Part shown: positions 45,697-58,378 of the stretch, one piece after another
Layout of the letters: every line of letters begins with the position of its first letter
Position numbering within the stretch: position 1 is the stretch's first letter
NCBI GenBank assembly: GCA_026936335.1
Contig: JAPMXV010000031.1
Span: forward strand, 186,001-250,000
DNA length: 64,000 nucleotides
Source: Mantamonas sphyraenae STR306
Lineage: Eukaryota; Protista; CRuMs
Direction: 5' to 3'
The notes under the pieces: model-generated
The model's input: only the letters and a program-made list of their open reading frames with translations
What the model was told of the DNA's origin: nothing
Database searches by the model: none
Program-made: the position numbers and the translations under genes

Positions 45697-47106
45697 TCAA
45701 AAGTTTGCCTCGATTGCTTTGGCTTGTGCTTCTGTGAGCGTCTTTGGGAAAAGGACGGTAAACTCGACGTAGAGATCGCCCTTGTCAGAGGGATACTCGT
45801 GGTGAGGCATGCCCTCGCCCTCGACCTTGTGAATGAGGCCCGGTTTGGTGACGCCGTCGCGGTTGACAACCACCTCGTGGCCGTCCAGGTGACGGATGGT
45901 CTTGCTGAAGCCCAGGAGGGCTTCCTTGAGGGAGATGGTGCGACGAGTGTGCAGATCCACCGTGTTCTGGCGGGTAAACTGAGCGTGGGGCTCTGTGCGC
46001 AGCTTGAAGACAATGTCGCCTGCGTGTTCGTCGGGCGACTGGTCTCCCGCACCCTCGTAGCGGATTTCATGGTTGTCCGGCATGCCTCGTTCGATGTGCA
46101 CCACCAGCTTGTTTGTGCCTTCGCTCACCTTGTGGCCGTGGCACACGCTGCACTTGGTCTTGATCACGCGTCCTGTGCCGTGGCAATGGTCGCAGTGTGT
46201 TTGCATCTGCTGTACAAACCCAGGCATGCGCTGTGTCACAATGCGTACGCCCGAACCGCCGCACACGGGACACTTGGTCACCGCGTCCGGGTTGTCTGCT
46301 CCTGTGCCTCGGCACTTGGGACAAAGCACTTGTTTCTTGTGTTCAAACTTCACTTCCCGTCCATTGTACACGTCCTCAAGCGTGACCTGCAACGGAATCG
46401 TGGTTGTCGGCCCCTGCTTCTGCTGCTGCCGATGCCCTCCGCCTCCGCCTCCGCCAAAGTTGAACCCGAAGCTGTAAGGTGCGAGCAGCCAAGGTGGGTG
46501 CGATGTCCATCCGCGTGTATGTATGGATGTATGCATGGGTGTGCATGGTGATGTGTGTGTCAGCATAGGTCGGCGTGACGTACAGGGGCGGGTTTTTGTC
46601 ACGGGCGGAATCGTTCCGGCAACGTCATCTCGACGCGGTGCGTGCCCTCTCACCCCGCTGCGCACTGTTCCACACGCACTTTTCAAAGATGTTGAAGGGA
46701 TCCACGCCTCCTCCGCCTCCGTTCTGTTTCTTCAGTCCCTCCTCGCCGTACTGGTCGTAGATCTGGCGCTTCTTGTCGTCGGTGAGCACCTCGTACGCTG
46801 CGCGCATGTTTGCCGGGTCAGTAACGTCCCACCCGGTGCCGATGGTCCACTGCCGATGAGGTGCACCCCCCTCCCACACAACCTACCTGTGGCCAGCTTG
46901 GCAAAGATCTGCTTGGCCTTGGGGTCCTTGTTCTTGTCCGGGTGCCATTTGCGCGAAAGCGAGCGGTACGCACGCTTGATCTGCCGCTTGGTGGCATCAC
47001 GAGGCACGCCCAGAAGCTGGTAGTAATCCTCGTCCGCTGCCACCAAGTCCACAAGCACACTCAACGCCAAAACGCACAACAGGCCGGCGACGATTGCTGT
47101 CTTCAT
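45697..47106 (-). CDS. ER DnaJ/Hsp40 co-chaperone (ERdj3/DNAJB11/Scj1 type)
   Basis: Signal peptide, [11 protein letters not shown] (KWHPDKN), G/F region, four CxxCxG motifs, [15 protein letters not shown]; two introns. Confidence 0.9.
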
Positions 47107-47197
47107 CCCGCTTCCGAGTACTTGTTGTGCGAACTGCGCGCCAACGTGCCTACTGCTGCATTACTGTCCCCAATATTCCCTCCTCATTATCTCCTCG

Positions 47198-47220
47198 GCT
47201 CTCTCTCTCTCTCTCTCTCT
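47198..47220. repeat. (CT)n microsatellite, intergenic
   Basis: ctctctctct run between the APC7 stop and the DnaJ start. Confidence 0.85.
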
Positions 47221-47223
47221 CCC

Positions 47224-49089
47224 TCACCATTCATCACTGTCTGATCCGCTGGCACCCGAAACACCGCTTACGTCGCTGACGCCTGAAACGCCGCTGACCT
47301 CAGCCCCCGCCAGACTGGACTCGAGCATGTCCAGACCCTGGATGGCGGGTCCGTAGTTCGGATTGATGCCCAGGGCAAGTTGGTACAGTTCCAGGGCCTT
47401 GCTGTGGTTGTCCATCTGCTCGTGCAACTCGGCCATCTTTGTGTACACCATGTCTCGGTCGTGCCGCTCCAGCTCCTTCTGCAATAAATTCAGGGCGTCT
47501 TCGTATTTCTCCTCCATCACATCGAGTTGTACAAGGCCATTCAGGGCAAACCAGTTGCCTGCATCCAGCGTGAGCGCGTTGGTGAACGCTTTGCGTGCCT
47601 TTGGACGGCCCTCGGGGTTGTGTAGAAGCACAGTGCCAACCAATCCCAGAGTGCTTGCGTTCTTGGGTACCCTCTCCAAGGCCTCCTTTGCCACCTCCAG
47701 TGCCTCCTTGTAGTGTTGCACCTGGAGGTGCGCGTCGACCAGCCCGCGGTACACAGAGATGTGCTTACTCAGGCGCAGGGCCTTGCGGAAGGAGACCACA
47801 GCTGCGTTGACGTCCTGATTGCTCATGTGGAGGACGCCGTGAAGCACAAGCGTGACCACGTGGCCCGGATCCAAACTCAACGCACGTTCCAGGAACTGCA
47901 TGGCACGCGAGTTCCACCCACGCATTTCGCAGTACAGTGCAAACGCTGTCCAGGGTTCCGGCCTGTGCATGTCCACATTGATCAGATTGCGCGCCAGACG
48001 ATTCAGCTGCGCCTCGGAGCCGCACATCTTCAACACCACCGCGTAGTCGTCCATGTCGTCCACCACATTTTCATCCAGGGCCAACACTTGCTCGAAGCGC
48101 TGTTGGCCCGACTGCAGACGGAATTGAGAGACGTCGTTCTTGGCCTTGGCCAGCAACACGGGCACATTGGGACGGAAGCGGGCAAGCAGGGCATCGATGG
48201 CCACCTGTCCACGGTCTGGTCGACACTCCAGGCTGCTCTGGCTCACATGCATAAACGCCAACGCCAGCGTGCGTTCCTGCTGCTCAGGCTCAGCCTCAAT
48301 GTCCCCCAGCAACTCGGCAGCCTCGGGTGTTTCCTCGCTGCTCTTGTATGTCTGTGTCACCGCAGGCAAGGGCCAACCGAAGCGTTCACAGGTGTCTTGC
48401 ACACCCACACCCAGCTCCGTTAGAGCCAGCATCGCCTCCACGGCGTATGGGCACTCGCTCAACACGTCCATGTACGCCTGGATCGCACGCTTGTCATTCT
48501 GCACATCCACACTGCGGTACAGTGTGGCCAACTTCAGGTTCATGGACACCGAGCGAGAACGCAACGGGATGGATTCCAGCACACGCAGCGCCCCCTCGCG
48601 GTCCTCCAAGCCCAGGTGGCAATCCACCACCCGCATCTTCAGCTCCGCCTCTTTGCAAACCACCTCCTGTTCTCCGTCGCTGCTGCTGCGTGCCACCTTG
48701 TGAATCGTCAACGCTTGACGATAGTGGCTCTGAGTGAGTGAGTGAGTGAGTGGTGTGCTTGTGTGTCAGTGAATGGCGAGTGCGCGCCAAAAGCCCGCGC
48801 AAATCCGCTGCCTTTTCACACTGACCATGGCACGCTTGTACTCTTTGAGAGCAAGAAGTGCGTCACCGTACGCCACGAGAGCGTTGTGATGCAAGCAGAC
48901 GTCGAGAGCAATGGGGCCGGCAGAGTCTTGCAGACGGGAGCTCTTGCGCGTGGCGTGCGCGCCGTCGTCGTCGTTTGGATCGGCCATACCCAGCAGAAAC
49001 GCGCCCAGAGTGAGAGCAGATGCGTGCAGACTGTGTGTGTTGAGTTCACACACGCGTGCGTACAACTGCTGCGGATCGAGGTTGGTCAT
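47224..49089 (-). CDS. ANAPC7: Anaphase-promoting complex subunit 7 (TPR)
   Basis: YGDALLALKEYKRA, LESIPLRSRSVSMNLKLATLY, VLSECPYAVEA, MDDYA, RPEPW, TPR array; one intron. Confidence 0.8.
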
Positions 49090-49132
49090 GTGCGTGGATG
49101 GGGGTGCTGCGACGGCGCAGACACCACCGCGC

Positions 49133-50044
49133 ATGTTTCGTCACAGGCAGCACGTGGAGTTCGATGTGGACCTCACCTTCCACGAGGTGACCAACGTGGC
49201 ACTCAGCACGGGCGACTATCTGCTGCAGTGGAAACACCACGGCCTGCTGGAGCGGCACCAGTACACGGAGTTTGCGCACGTGCAGGACCACAGGCTGGTG
49301 TTTGAACACACGTACCCACGCTTCACCGTGGCCCTCGACGTGGATGACGACACGCTGGAGCTGCACTCACATGAGCTCCTGGTGGAACTCAAGCGCAAAA
49401 CAAACGAACACAGGTTGCAGGAATTGATCGGTGCCATGGAGCTCGACCTGGCCCTGTACGCCGACGGTGAGCTGCACTCTCTCAAGCGAGTGTTCCCCAA
49501 GGGCGAAACAAACGCCCTGCTTGTCTTTTCCCTGCGTGTGAAGCGTGTGGGCGGGCTGGAACTGTACAAATTGCCCGCACGGCCCTGGGAGGCCGAGGGA
49601 GACATGGATGAGGTTGAGGATGCGGCCGAGGACAATGGAGGGGATGAAAGTGGGTGGGAGGTGGTCGATGGCAACGAAGGCAGCGGTGTGGTGGTGGTGG
49701 TGGACGACAACGAGTCGGCAAAGACCGGGACGGACGCTGGAGGCTTGTCCCTGGGCATGCTAGACAAGTACGACGAGTATCAACAGGACAGGACAAAGCG
49801 ACGCAACACATTGGACAATGGCCTGGGTGACGCAGGCGTCGACGGTGGCCAGAGTCTGGCTGCAGGCGGGGACAGCGAGGGGAGGAAGGCCTCCTCCGAC
49901 CTTGCCTCCTTGTCACCCTCTTCAGGCGTCGCAGCCTCGGGCAGGAACGCAAGGAACAAAAAGTCGTCGCTGAGCAAAGCGTCTGCGCAGTCGCTGGTGG
50001 AGGCATTGTTGGCTGAAGACGAGTGGGAGGAGGGGAAGCAATGA
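49133..50044 (+). CDS. NT-type C2 domain protein (EEIG1/EHBP1/FAM102-like)
   Basis: EFDVDLTFHEVTNV...LLQWK, VQDHRLVFE, LIGAMELDLALYA, TNALLVFSL; disordered tail. Confidence 0.7.
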   Translation: MFRHRQHVEFDVDLTFHEVTNVALSTGDYLLQWKHHGLLERHQYTEFAHVQDHRLVFEHTYPRFTVALDVDDDTLELHSHELLVELKRKTNEHRLQELIGAMELDLALYADGELHSLKRVFPKGETNALLVFSLRVKRVGGLELYKLPARPWEAEGDMDEVEDAAEDNGGDESGWEVVDGNEGSGVVVVVDDNESAKTGTDAGGLSLGMLDKYDEYQQDRTKRRNTLDNGLGDAGVDGGQSLAAGGDSEGRKASSDLASLSPSSGVAASGRNARNKKSSLSKASAQSLVEALLAEDEWEEGKQ

Positions 50045-50067
50045 AAGCATCTGTGCTGTTCTGCTCT

Positions 50068-50739
50068 TCACTCGACGCGGCTGCGCTTGGTGTCACCAGC
50101 TCCGTCGTCGTCTTGACTGTTTGCAGCATCATCCGCCTGTGTTTGCTCGTCCGTTTCTTCCTCATCCGCCTCGTCTCGTTTCCGCTTGTGTGCACGGGAG
50201 CCCTGTGGCGCCGTCGAGCTTTGCTGGGTGCTCTCGAGATCCAGCTGGACGACGGCAGGCTGCTCGGCGGCGGCCTGGTCGCGCTTGCGAACCACAATGC
50301 GCATTTGCGACGTGTGGCGAACCTTGCTTTGTACAGAGAGGTTGTCCTGGAGCGGCACGAGGTCGTCGACGAGAGTCACTGTGCTGGTGGTGGGGCGAAG
50401 TTCAAGCGCACCCAGCGACTGAGAGGCCAGACGGAGGCTCAGCTGCACGGCCTTGTCAATGGCCGGCCCCATGGCATACAATACGACCTCTTTGTACTTT
50501 GTATGGTCCAACACCTTGCGTACGCGTTTGTACAACACCGCAGGGGCACTCGACGTCGTCACGTACAGCTCGTTCTGCCGTGTCGCCTTGCGGTCGGCCA
50601 CACGCTTGCGCACAGCATCTGTGGACGTGCCACAACAGACGAATGAGCACAGAGAGGGGCAACGTGCAAACAAAGTCAGTGCTGCGTGGGTATCCATGGA
50701 TTCGAGGGGAAAGGGGAGAAACGCACAGCGACGACCCAT
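50068..50739 (-). CDS. POP7: RNase P/MRP subunit p20 (Alba fold)
   Basis: Spliced MGRRYAVRKR..., NELYVTT, VVLYAMGPAIDKAVQLSL, TSTVTLVDDLVP. Confidence 0.8.
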   Translation of the reverse strand: MGRRCAFLPFPLESMDTHAALTLFARCPSLCSFVCCGTSTDAVRKRVADRKATRQNELYVTTSSAPAVLYKRVRKVLDHTKYKEVVLYAMGPAIDKAVQLSLRLASQSLGALELRPTTSTVTLVDDLVPLQDNLSVQSKVRHTSQMRIVVRKRDQAAAEQPAVVQLDLESTQQSSTAPQGSRAHKRKRDEADEEETDEQTQADDAANSQDDDGAGDTKRSRVE

Positions 50740-50795
50740 GAGCTGCCAGCCAAATTGTCTTTTACCTCTGGATGTCTGCGCGCAACCGCCTCACA

Positions 50796-51111
50796 ATGGG
50801 CTCCCTGTTTCGCAGCATGTATAGCAAGGGCCGCGAGACAGACCCCTTTGTGTTGGAGTACAGGAGACGTCGCAATCTGCGGCTTGTGGCAGAGCGCAAG
50901 CAGAACGCACAGGTACTTGGCTCCAACTTGCGCCCTGTGCAGGCCCCTGGCATCGACTAGCGGTCTATTTCCATGTGAAAACACTCACACGTGGCCCTAT
51001 CCATACATCCATGCACATACACAGCTCTACAAACAGGAGATGGAGACGTGGGAAGCGCTGCAGTTTCTCCAGGCCGAAGAGGAAGCTGCGTTTGGCGACG
51101 GAGAGAGGTAG
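50796..51111 (+). CDS. Spliced 67-aa microprotein of unknown function
   Basis: Exon 1 50796-50912 and exon 2 51025-51111, joined by a phase-0 GT...CTCAC...CAG intron: MGSLFRSMYSKGRETDPFVLEYRRRRNLRLVAERKQNAQLYKQEMETWEALQFLQAEEEAAFGDGER. Confidence 0.5.
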
Positions 51112-51193
51112 TCGCATGCTGTAGAGGGCATCCACGTGTGCCTGCGTTTTGTGAGTCCAAGCCAACAAACAGTGGAAGCCGGCAAAAAACACT

Positions 51194-53668
51194 TCATTTC
51201 GCAACCAGCCGCTGCACTTGCTCAATCTTCCTGTCGAGCTGGTTCATCTGCTCCTCCTCACGCCTGTCCATTTCGCTGACCACTTGCAGCTTGCGCTCCA
51301 TGGCGTCCAGCGAGTGGTGGCCCCCCTTGCGCGAGCTGCCTGCGGCACCGCCAAACAACTTGGCCATCTTTTCGGCCTTGATGTTGGCCTGCATCTTGTT
51401 CCACAGCCTGAGCAGACGCTGGGCAATGGCTTCGGGCACTTCGTCGCCCAGAGTCTCGCGCAGCTCGGCGATGCTCAAGGTGCCCTCCTTGGTCGAGAGT
51501 GCACTGCTCTCGATGTACTTGAGGAGATCGGCGTCCGACAGGTTGGAAGCATCCGACTTTTTGATGCCCTTCCAGATGCTGTTGAGGCCCATCTTGAGCT
51601 GCTCGCGCAGCGTCTTTCCGCCGAGAAGTGCGTGCTGGATTTTGTATGCGTCGTTGATGATGGCCAAGAACATGTTGACCAGGGCAAAGTAGACCAGAAT
51701 GATAAAGACGAGAAAGAACATGGGCCCCAGCACACGGTTGGCCCTGTGGATCTCCTCGTAGTCAAACTCGCCGAGGATGATCTGGAAGCAGGTCATGAAA
51801 GAGCCGCCAAAGTCCTTGAAGCTGGACACGGTGGGACCAAACACCACGTGTCCCATGGAAGCGAAGCCGAGAAAGACAATGGAAAAGAAGATCATGAAGG
51901 CCAGGAGGTCGCCCGAGGCCCGGCCGAGAGTGTCCCACAGCAGCGTCATCGTTTTGCTGATCTGCAGGAACTTGAAGCTCTTGAAAAAGGTGAGGAGGAC
52001 GTTGAAGCTCTGTAGGTTGAAGATCTGCACGTAGTCGTTGGCCAGGCTCTCGAGGTTGACGTACTGCAGGGAATTGAGGTCGACGCTGCTGCGGAGCGGA
52101 TTGATCATGTAGGCCACATTCATAAAGACGGCACACCAGAACACAGAGAGATTGAGCACATCGATGACGTTCCACGGATCGGCAAAGTAGCCCCAACGCT
52201 TCTCGCGCCACTCGGAGTACTCGCCGTACACAAAGTACACCAGGAACCCGACGAGGATGACCTCGACGCCCAGGCGAACGTAGTCGCGCGTGTCTTGGTA
52301 CGGTTCGAGCTTGAAGATCTTGAACGACCACCAAGGGAGCATGTAGCCGGCGGGGGTGATCTCTGTCATCAGGGTGGCCAGCGCAAGGTGGTTCAAGTTG
52401 CCGTTGTAGATGTTGACCGTAACAAACACAACGCGTGTCTGCTTGTCGATGTACAGTCTGCTCTTCATGTCCTGGATGGCTGCCGAAACCTGTGTGCGGT
52501 TGCCCTGCGGGATGTCTACCACAAAGCCTCCTCCGTCGTAGTATGACGACGTGGCACGGCTGTACTCGCCCGGAATGCCCGTCTCTGCCTCAGTGGCATG
52601 CTTGAAACCGCGGTAGGTGGCGGTGTCCTTGTTCTCGGCCGTGTACAAGCCGTAGCAGAGATCGTTGCCGAGCACCTTCTTCATGTCCGCCGACACCGTG
52701 CAGCTGCGGTCGGTCACTCGAAGCTGGCGGAAGCGCACGCCTCCCACCAAGCGGTTGTAGTGGTAGACGTAACCGTCCTCCTGGGCGGTGTACGGGTCGC
52801 CGTTGTACCAGTGGTCGCGTGTGATGGCCTCCAGGAACGGCCCTTCCACCCACTGCCACCACTCTTCCAGGGATCCGATTGCGTCGTAGTTCTTGTACAC
52901 GTGTGAAAACACAGGCGGGAATGATTCCTTGATAAAGGCGTCCTGTGAACGCGGTGTGCGGTGTGTGTTTGGCGAGAGGGCGGCGCGAGAAGGTGTTAGC
53001 CGCAGATTGTGTGTGTGCGTGCGTGCTCGCTCTTCGGCCTGCTGCAGGCGCTGTGTGGGGACATGTGCACGCCGATATCTCGAGAAGGATGGGCAGGTGT
53101 GTACCACACGGCGAGGCGGAGTGCAGAGGTGTGTTGTGCGGTTCAACGTACATGCATGGCGTGTTCGATCTCCCAGCTTCCACCGACGTTGCGAGCCAAG
53201 AAGAGCGAAGTGAGAAACACGCCCATAAACATCTGCATGGGCCCGGCGTGTGTGGGGGAACAATACCCAAGGCACCGTGTGTGAGCTTGACACCACGCGT
53301 GGGTAGTGTGGTGGATCCACGTGCAAAGGGTGGGGCTGCTGCTTGTGTGGCAGAGGCGGATCCGCGAGCTGAATTCTGGAAACTTGGCGGGGTGGGAAAT
53401 CACGCCGGGGATGGAACGGGGAACGTACCAGATAGAACACAAGGTTGACGACCTTTTCCTTGATGCGTTTCTTCTGTTCCAGGTGCTTCTTCATCATTTC
53501 GATGTCCACAGACATGCCTTGGGCTGTTTGCAGTTGCCGTGACAACCAAGGATGTCAGTTGCGCGCTCACACTCGCTCACGTGGCTTTGGCAATGTGAAC
53601 CTACCTGTGGACATACGCTGTCCACCCCGTGTGCTTCTACCGAGCACAGAGTCGGATGCACCTCTCAT
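51194..53668 (-). CDS. PKD2: Polycystin-2 (TRPP) cation channel
   Basis: NRLVGGVRFRQLRVTDRSC, YDGGGFVVD, YIDKQTRVVF...YNGN, YFADPWNVID, pore FQIILGEFDY, NRVLGP, NMFLAIINDAY; three introns; start codon tentative. Confidence 0.9.
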
Positions 53669-53864
53669 GCTTGCCGGGGGGGGGTGGGGTGGGGCGTGGG
53701 GAGAGAGGACGGGACGTGTTGAGCTGGGTGAGGCAGTGCACGGCTCTTGGATCTGGATGACGCTCGTTTGGTTGCACGCAGATGGATGGGAGAAGGACAG
53801 AGAAGGTGCAAAGTGGAATGAGTGTGGCAATGCGCCGCCGGGGCCAAGGAAAACCCCAACGACG

Positions 53865-56800
53865 ATGACGGCCCGCGTGCACACCAGCGTGTCGATCGAA
53901 CCGGGGGTGGACACGTACGGGCCTGGGTCGGCCAAAGAACTGAGTTTGGACAGCATTGTGCCGAGGGTGGCGGACCAAGGCCTGGTGGTGGGCGAGTATC
54001 GCGTGCGTCGCGTGCCGTCGCCGCAAACCCTGGAGTATCCGTTCTTTGTCCAGCTGGACGGGCGCCCAGACGACGCTGCCATGGACAAGGACGGCGAGCG
54101 AGGCCACGAGGAGGAAGGTGAAGAGGAGGCGGATGCAGACCTGTCTAGCAGACGCGTCCATCTGGAGGTGATGGGATCCGGAGCAAACGGATTGTAGGTT
54201 GCCGATTCCGGTTCCGGCGGCGGCGGCGTTGCGACCCACCTGTCTTGCGCTGACACTTGTTTTTGAATTGCCTCCCGCGTAGTGTTTCCCCGGGCGTGCG
54301 TGCGAGCGATGGCCTGCCTGTGGCTGTCAAAGTGTGCAGTGCGTCGTCTGCGGCAGCGCTGAACGAGGTGGCGTTGCTCAGCGACTTGCACCACAGCAAC
54401 ATCATACGCTTGTATCACACCTACGTCTACGACGACTACCTCTTTCTGGTGTTCGAGCGAGGCGTGAAGGACATGTTTGATGTCGTCAGTAGGTTGTGTG
54501 AGAGCCGCCTGTGGGAGCGCGTGGACGTCGTGCAGTCATCCAGTCGCGAGTTCACGGAAACGGCCATTTGCTGACACTCGCAACAACGCGACGCACACAG
54601 AGTATCTCCTTGAAAATGATATGGAGTTGACGCTACGCCAAACACAGGGATTCTTTGGCCAACTTGTGGCGGGCATTCGGCACTGTCACGAGCACAACGT
54701 GGCGCATCTGGATCTGAAGCTGGAGAACGTTGTGATTGGCGACAACGGCGATTGGAACCAGCTGAAGCTGATCGATTTCGGACACGCGTGGAAGGAAGAG
54801 GGCAACGGATGTACAGATTATAACCGTGGCACAGTGCGTATGCTTGCGCCCGAGGTGCACTTTGGGCGGATGCAGCAGCAGCAGCAGCAGCAAGCAGGTG
54901 AGAACGCACCGCCACTGCATGCCTACAACCCGTTTCCGGCAGACGTTTGGCTGCTGGGCCAAATGTTGCATCTGCTGGTGGCACAAGACTACGTGTTTGC
55001 GTCGGACCGCAGCACGTGCACTCAGTTCCAGCGGCTGTTGCAGGGCAAAGCGCTGCAGATGGACGGCAAGCTGGAAGAACGATACCCGGGGGTCACGTCC
55101 CTGCTTCAGGGATGCCTAAAACTGAGGCCCGAAGACCGCATGAGCCTAAGCGACATCCAGGCACACGTGTTCTTTACAGACCGGCCGGACATGGAGGAGG
55201 AGGCCGAGGCCAGCGAAAGTGAAGGCGAAAGCGAAAGCGAAAGCGAAAGCGAGTGGGAAACGGACGACAGCGTGGACGAGGAGGGGGATAGAGACGCAGG
55301 GTTGGACGACAGGCTGGGCGCGCATAGCAGGCGCACGTCTGGACAGGGACAGCATGTGGATGAGCCAAGGCGAGAGTCGAAGCGCAGCCCAGCTGTGGCT
55401 GTGCCCACCAACGCAGGGGCTGGAGGGAAGATGCAACAGCCCACAAAGTACGTGTTGGAAGGGCAGAGAAACGCAGAGGAGGAGAACGATCTGCACATTT
55501 GCATCGATCTGCCCTTGCACGGCCAGCAGTCTGCGATTGCCACGGGACTGGAGCACAGCGGCATGGTGCAAAACTCGCACCAGTATCATCACAGGAGGCA
55601 GCAGGAGCAGGAGCATCGGCATCGGCGTCAGCATCAGCATCAGCATCAGCGCGTGCATGCACGTCAGGAGGACGATGCAATGGAGTTCAACTTTGAGTTT
55701 GGGTTTGACGAAGACACCCAGAGCGGGATGGGCGGCCATGGAGGTGTCACGGATGACGATGATGACACGGATGACGACGACAACGAGCAGAAGGAGACGC
55801 GCCTGCGTCGTCAGTGGTTGCGTTCGCTGAGCGATGTGGCACAACAACCGCAGGCCCAGCAACAACGGCCGCGTGGACAGGCTACAGGGCGTGACGATGG
55901 TGAACATCAGAGCAAACAACGCTGGAGCGAGTTGGGTAGCCGAGTGGGCCGTCTGGACGGGCGTCCCGAGGAGGAGGAGGACGAAGAGGATCCGCTGTGG
56001 AGCGGAGCGACGGTGCGTTTCACGCCGGGCTCCTCTGGATCACCGTTCTCCTTTGAACGGCAGTCGGCGCTGCACAACTACAGCTGGCATGGCAACGAAG
56101 ACGCTCACCTGTTTGTGAGCCCACCCAGCTCCATGGGCAAGGCCGGAGGGCGTGGAAGGAGCACGGGCAAGGATCGCGATCGCAGGCCGAAGGGCGCCGC
56201 CGCCGACAACGACAGCAGCAACGACAACAACGAAGACAACAACATGGACGAATGGTCGCAACAGCTGTCGCTGTCGGGCAAACGGCGCCTTGTGTTTGGA
56301 TGGGATGAGGAGGAGGGCGAGGAGGCAGGTATCAGCAGCCCGAACAACGGCAACGGCCACGGCCACGGCCACGGACAAGGGGTGGACAGACTGCTGGCTT
56401 TCCAGGAGCAACAGGCACACAACAGTAACTTTTTCTACACGTCATCGTGTTGTGTGGAGAGCACGGTGGAGCACGTGCGTTCGAGTCTGACGGAGATTGC
56501 CTGTGCCATGGACACGGGCACCAAGCTGGAAGTCAGCTCCGACTTTGATCCCGAAGGATTCTTTCTCATCGGTTCCGTGTGCCGCCCCAGTCCCGACCTG
56601 TCCATGTACATGATGCAGATGCAGCACGCGTTGTACGCAGATGCTGCGCAGGACGAGGGCTACGGGTACGGGGATGAGGACGGGGACAGCTTTGCTCTTG
56701 ACGAAATGAGCGAGGATTTGATGTTTGGAGAGGAGGACGAGCCCAGCAGAGACAGTTTGGCTTCCGAGGCGTCGTCTTCTTCGTCGTCATTGCAGCACAT

Positions 56801-56969
56801 CTCGGCAGCCGCCGTGGCGGTAGTGGAGATGGAGCTGCTTGCTACGTTTCTGATCCGTCTCCTGGCTTCGCCATCGGGCCATGTGGTAGTGGATTGGGTT
56901 GCGCTGCACGGCGATCCGTTTGACCAGTTGACGCTCTTTGCCCTGCTCAAGGCGCGCTGTGCGATGTGA
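53865..56969 (+). CDS. CAMK-group Ser/Thr protein kinase (non-RD) with long disordered insert and C-terminal KA1-like domain
   Basis: MGSGANGFV, VAVK, HSNIIRL, AHLDLKLEN, LIDFG, GTVRMLAPE, ADVW, RPEDR; C-terminal VVVDWVALHGDPFD; two introns. Confidence 0.8.
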
Positions 56970-57045
56970 GATGCTGGGAGCAATGAAAGCAAGGGAGAAG
57001 GATGATGGAAGAAAAGTGTAATTGGTTTGATGGTTGGGCTCCACC

Positions 57046-58378
57046 TCACTTGGCGATGACCTCCGAGTCGTCGCCTGGTCCGTGTCCCGCCTTTTGCTTG
57101 TTCCACACGTACTCGTCGTCCTCGTCGAGCCACTCCTCACCCTCGATGTCAAGTTTGCTCATGACGTTCATGAGGCACTCGCCACACTCGAGCTCGATGG
57201 CGTTGGTTCGTTCGTGGGAGAGAAATTCGTTGGACCAGCGGTTGGCCAGGACGATGGCCATGCCCGAGGCACGCACCTTGCCCTTGGAGCTCTTGGCCAG
57301 ATGCAACAGTTGAAACGTTTCCATTTCCAACGACTTTGCGTCCGGATACTCGTCGTGGATGTAGCTCACCAGGTCCTCGTTGGCGTCGTAGAACGTCTCG
57401 TCAATGCGTCCCTGGCTGCTGTAGAACGAGTCTGCCGTGATGTTGAGTCCCGTCACCACGTTCGTTTCATGCTCTTCCATGTACTCAATGATCTTCTGGT
57501 TGATCTCCGGATCGCCGGCGACGGGCTTGCTGAACAGGTACGGGGCAGCGTCGTCGGGCAGGACGTAGCTCTCATCCACGTCGTCGCCCGTAAAATAGTC
57601 GTAGTTGCGACGCACAGACAGCGCTGCCTCTGCCAGCACCACGTTGCCGATGGCCAGCTCGTCTCCCTTGCGAGGGGTCCCGCACGTGCCAAGGCGGACC
57701 AGCACAATGCCGGCATCCTTCGGCACCAGCGCACACGCCTCGCGCACCGCAAAATCGGCCATGGCCATGCCCATTCCGATGGCCAGTAGCGACAGCGGTT
57801 TCTGTGGGCCGTGTACGTGTGCGTGTGAGATGGAAAGGAGCCAAAGAACCGTTTTTTCGCTTTTTGGGGCTGATTGTGCGTGCACAGCAAGAGGGAAGGC
57901 AGAGGTGTGCGTGTATATGGGCAGGCAACCACAACAATAGGTGGAACGGGTGGCCAGGACAAAAGGGATGGGGACGATTGGAGGGTGCGACGGGAGTTGG
58001 GGGCCAACGTACGCCGTTCATGAGCCCCGTGTAGACAGTGAAGCCGCGGGACGAGGTGCGAATGTACAACTGGTCCGGGTTGTCAAAGAACTTGCTGATG
58101 CGCGTGCATCGACCTTTGTCGCCACACGTGATGATTCGATTGGCCAGTTCTCCCTTCTTGAGACCCAGGTGATATACGCGACCCTGGGCGTCCTTGGGGA
58201 AGTTTGCGTCGGAGACGTCGCCCAGAGTTTTGCCATGCACGAGCACCGCCTGGGACAAGGAACGCTTATAGTGCGCTTTCATGTGCGGGGCCCCAACAAA
58301 GCCCTTGTCTACAGCGGTGGTGGTCGTGGTGGAGTCCTGCTGTTTGGTGTCGGTTTCGTTTGACTGATTGGTGGACAT
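57046..58378 (-). CDS. Uridine/purine nucleoside phosphorylase (PNP_UDP_1)
   Basis: GRVYHLGL, RIITCGD..R, SSRGFTVYTG, IGMG, VRLGTCG, DSFYSSQGR, LEMETF; one intron. Confidence 0.88.
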
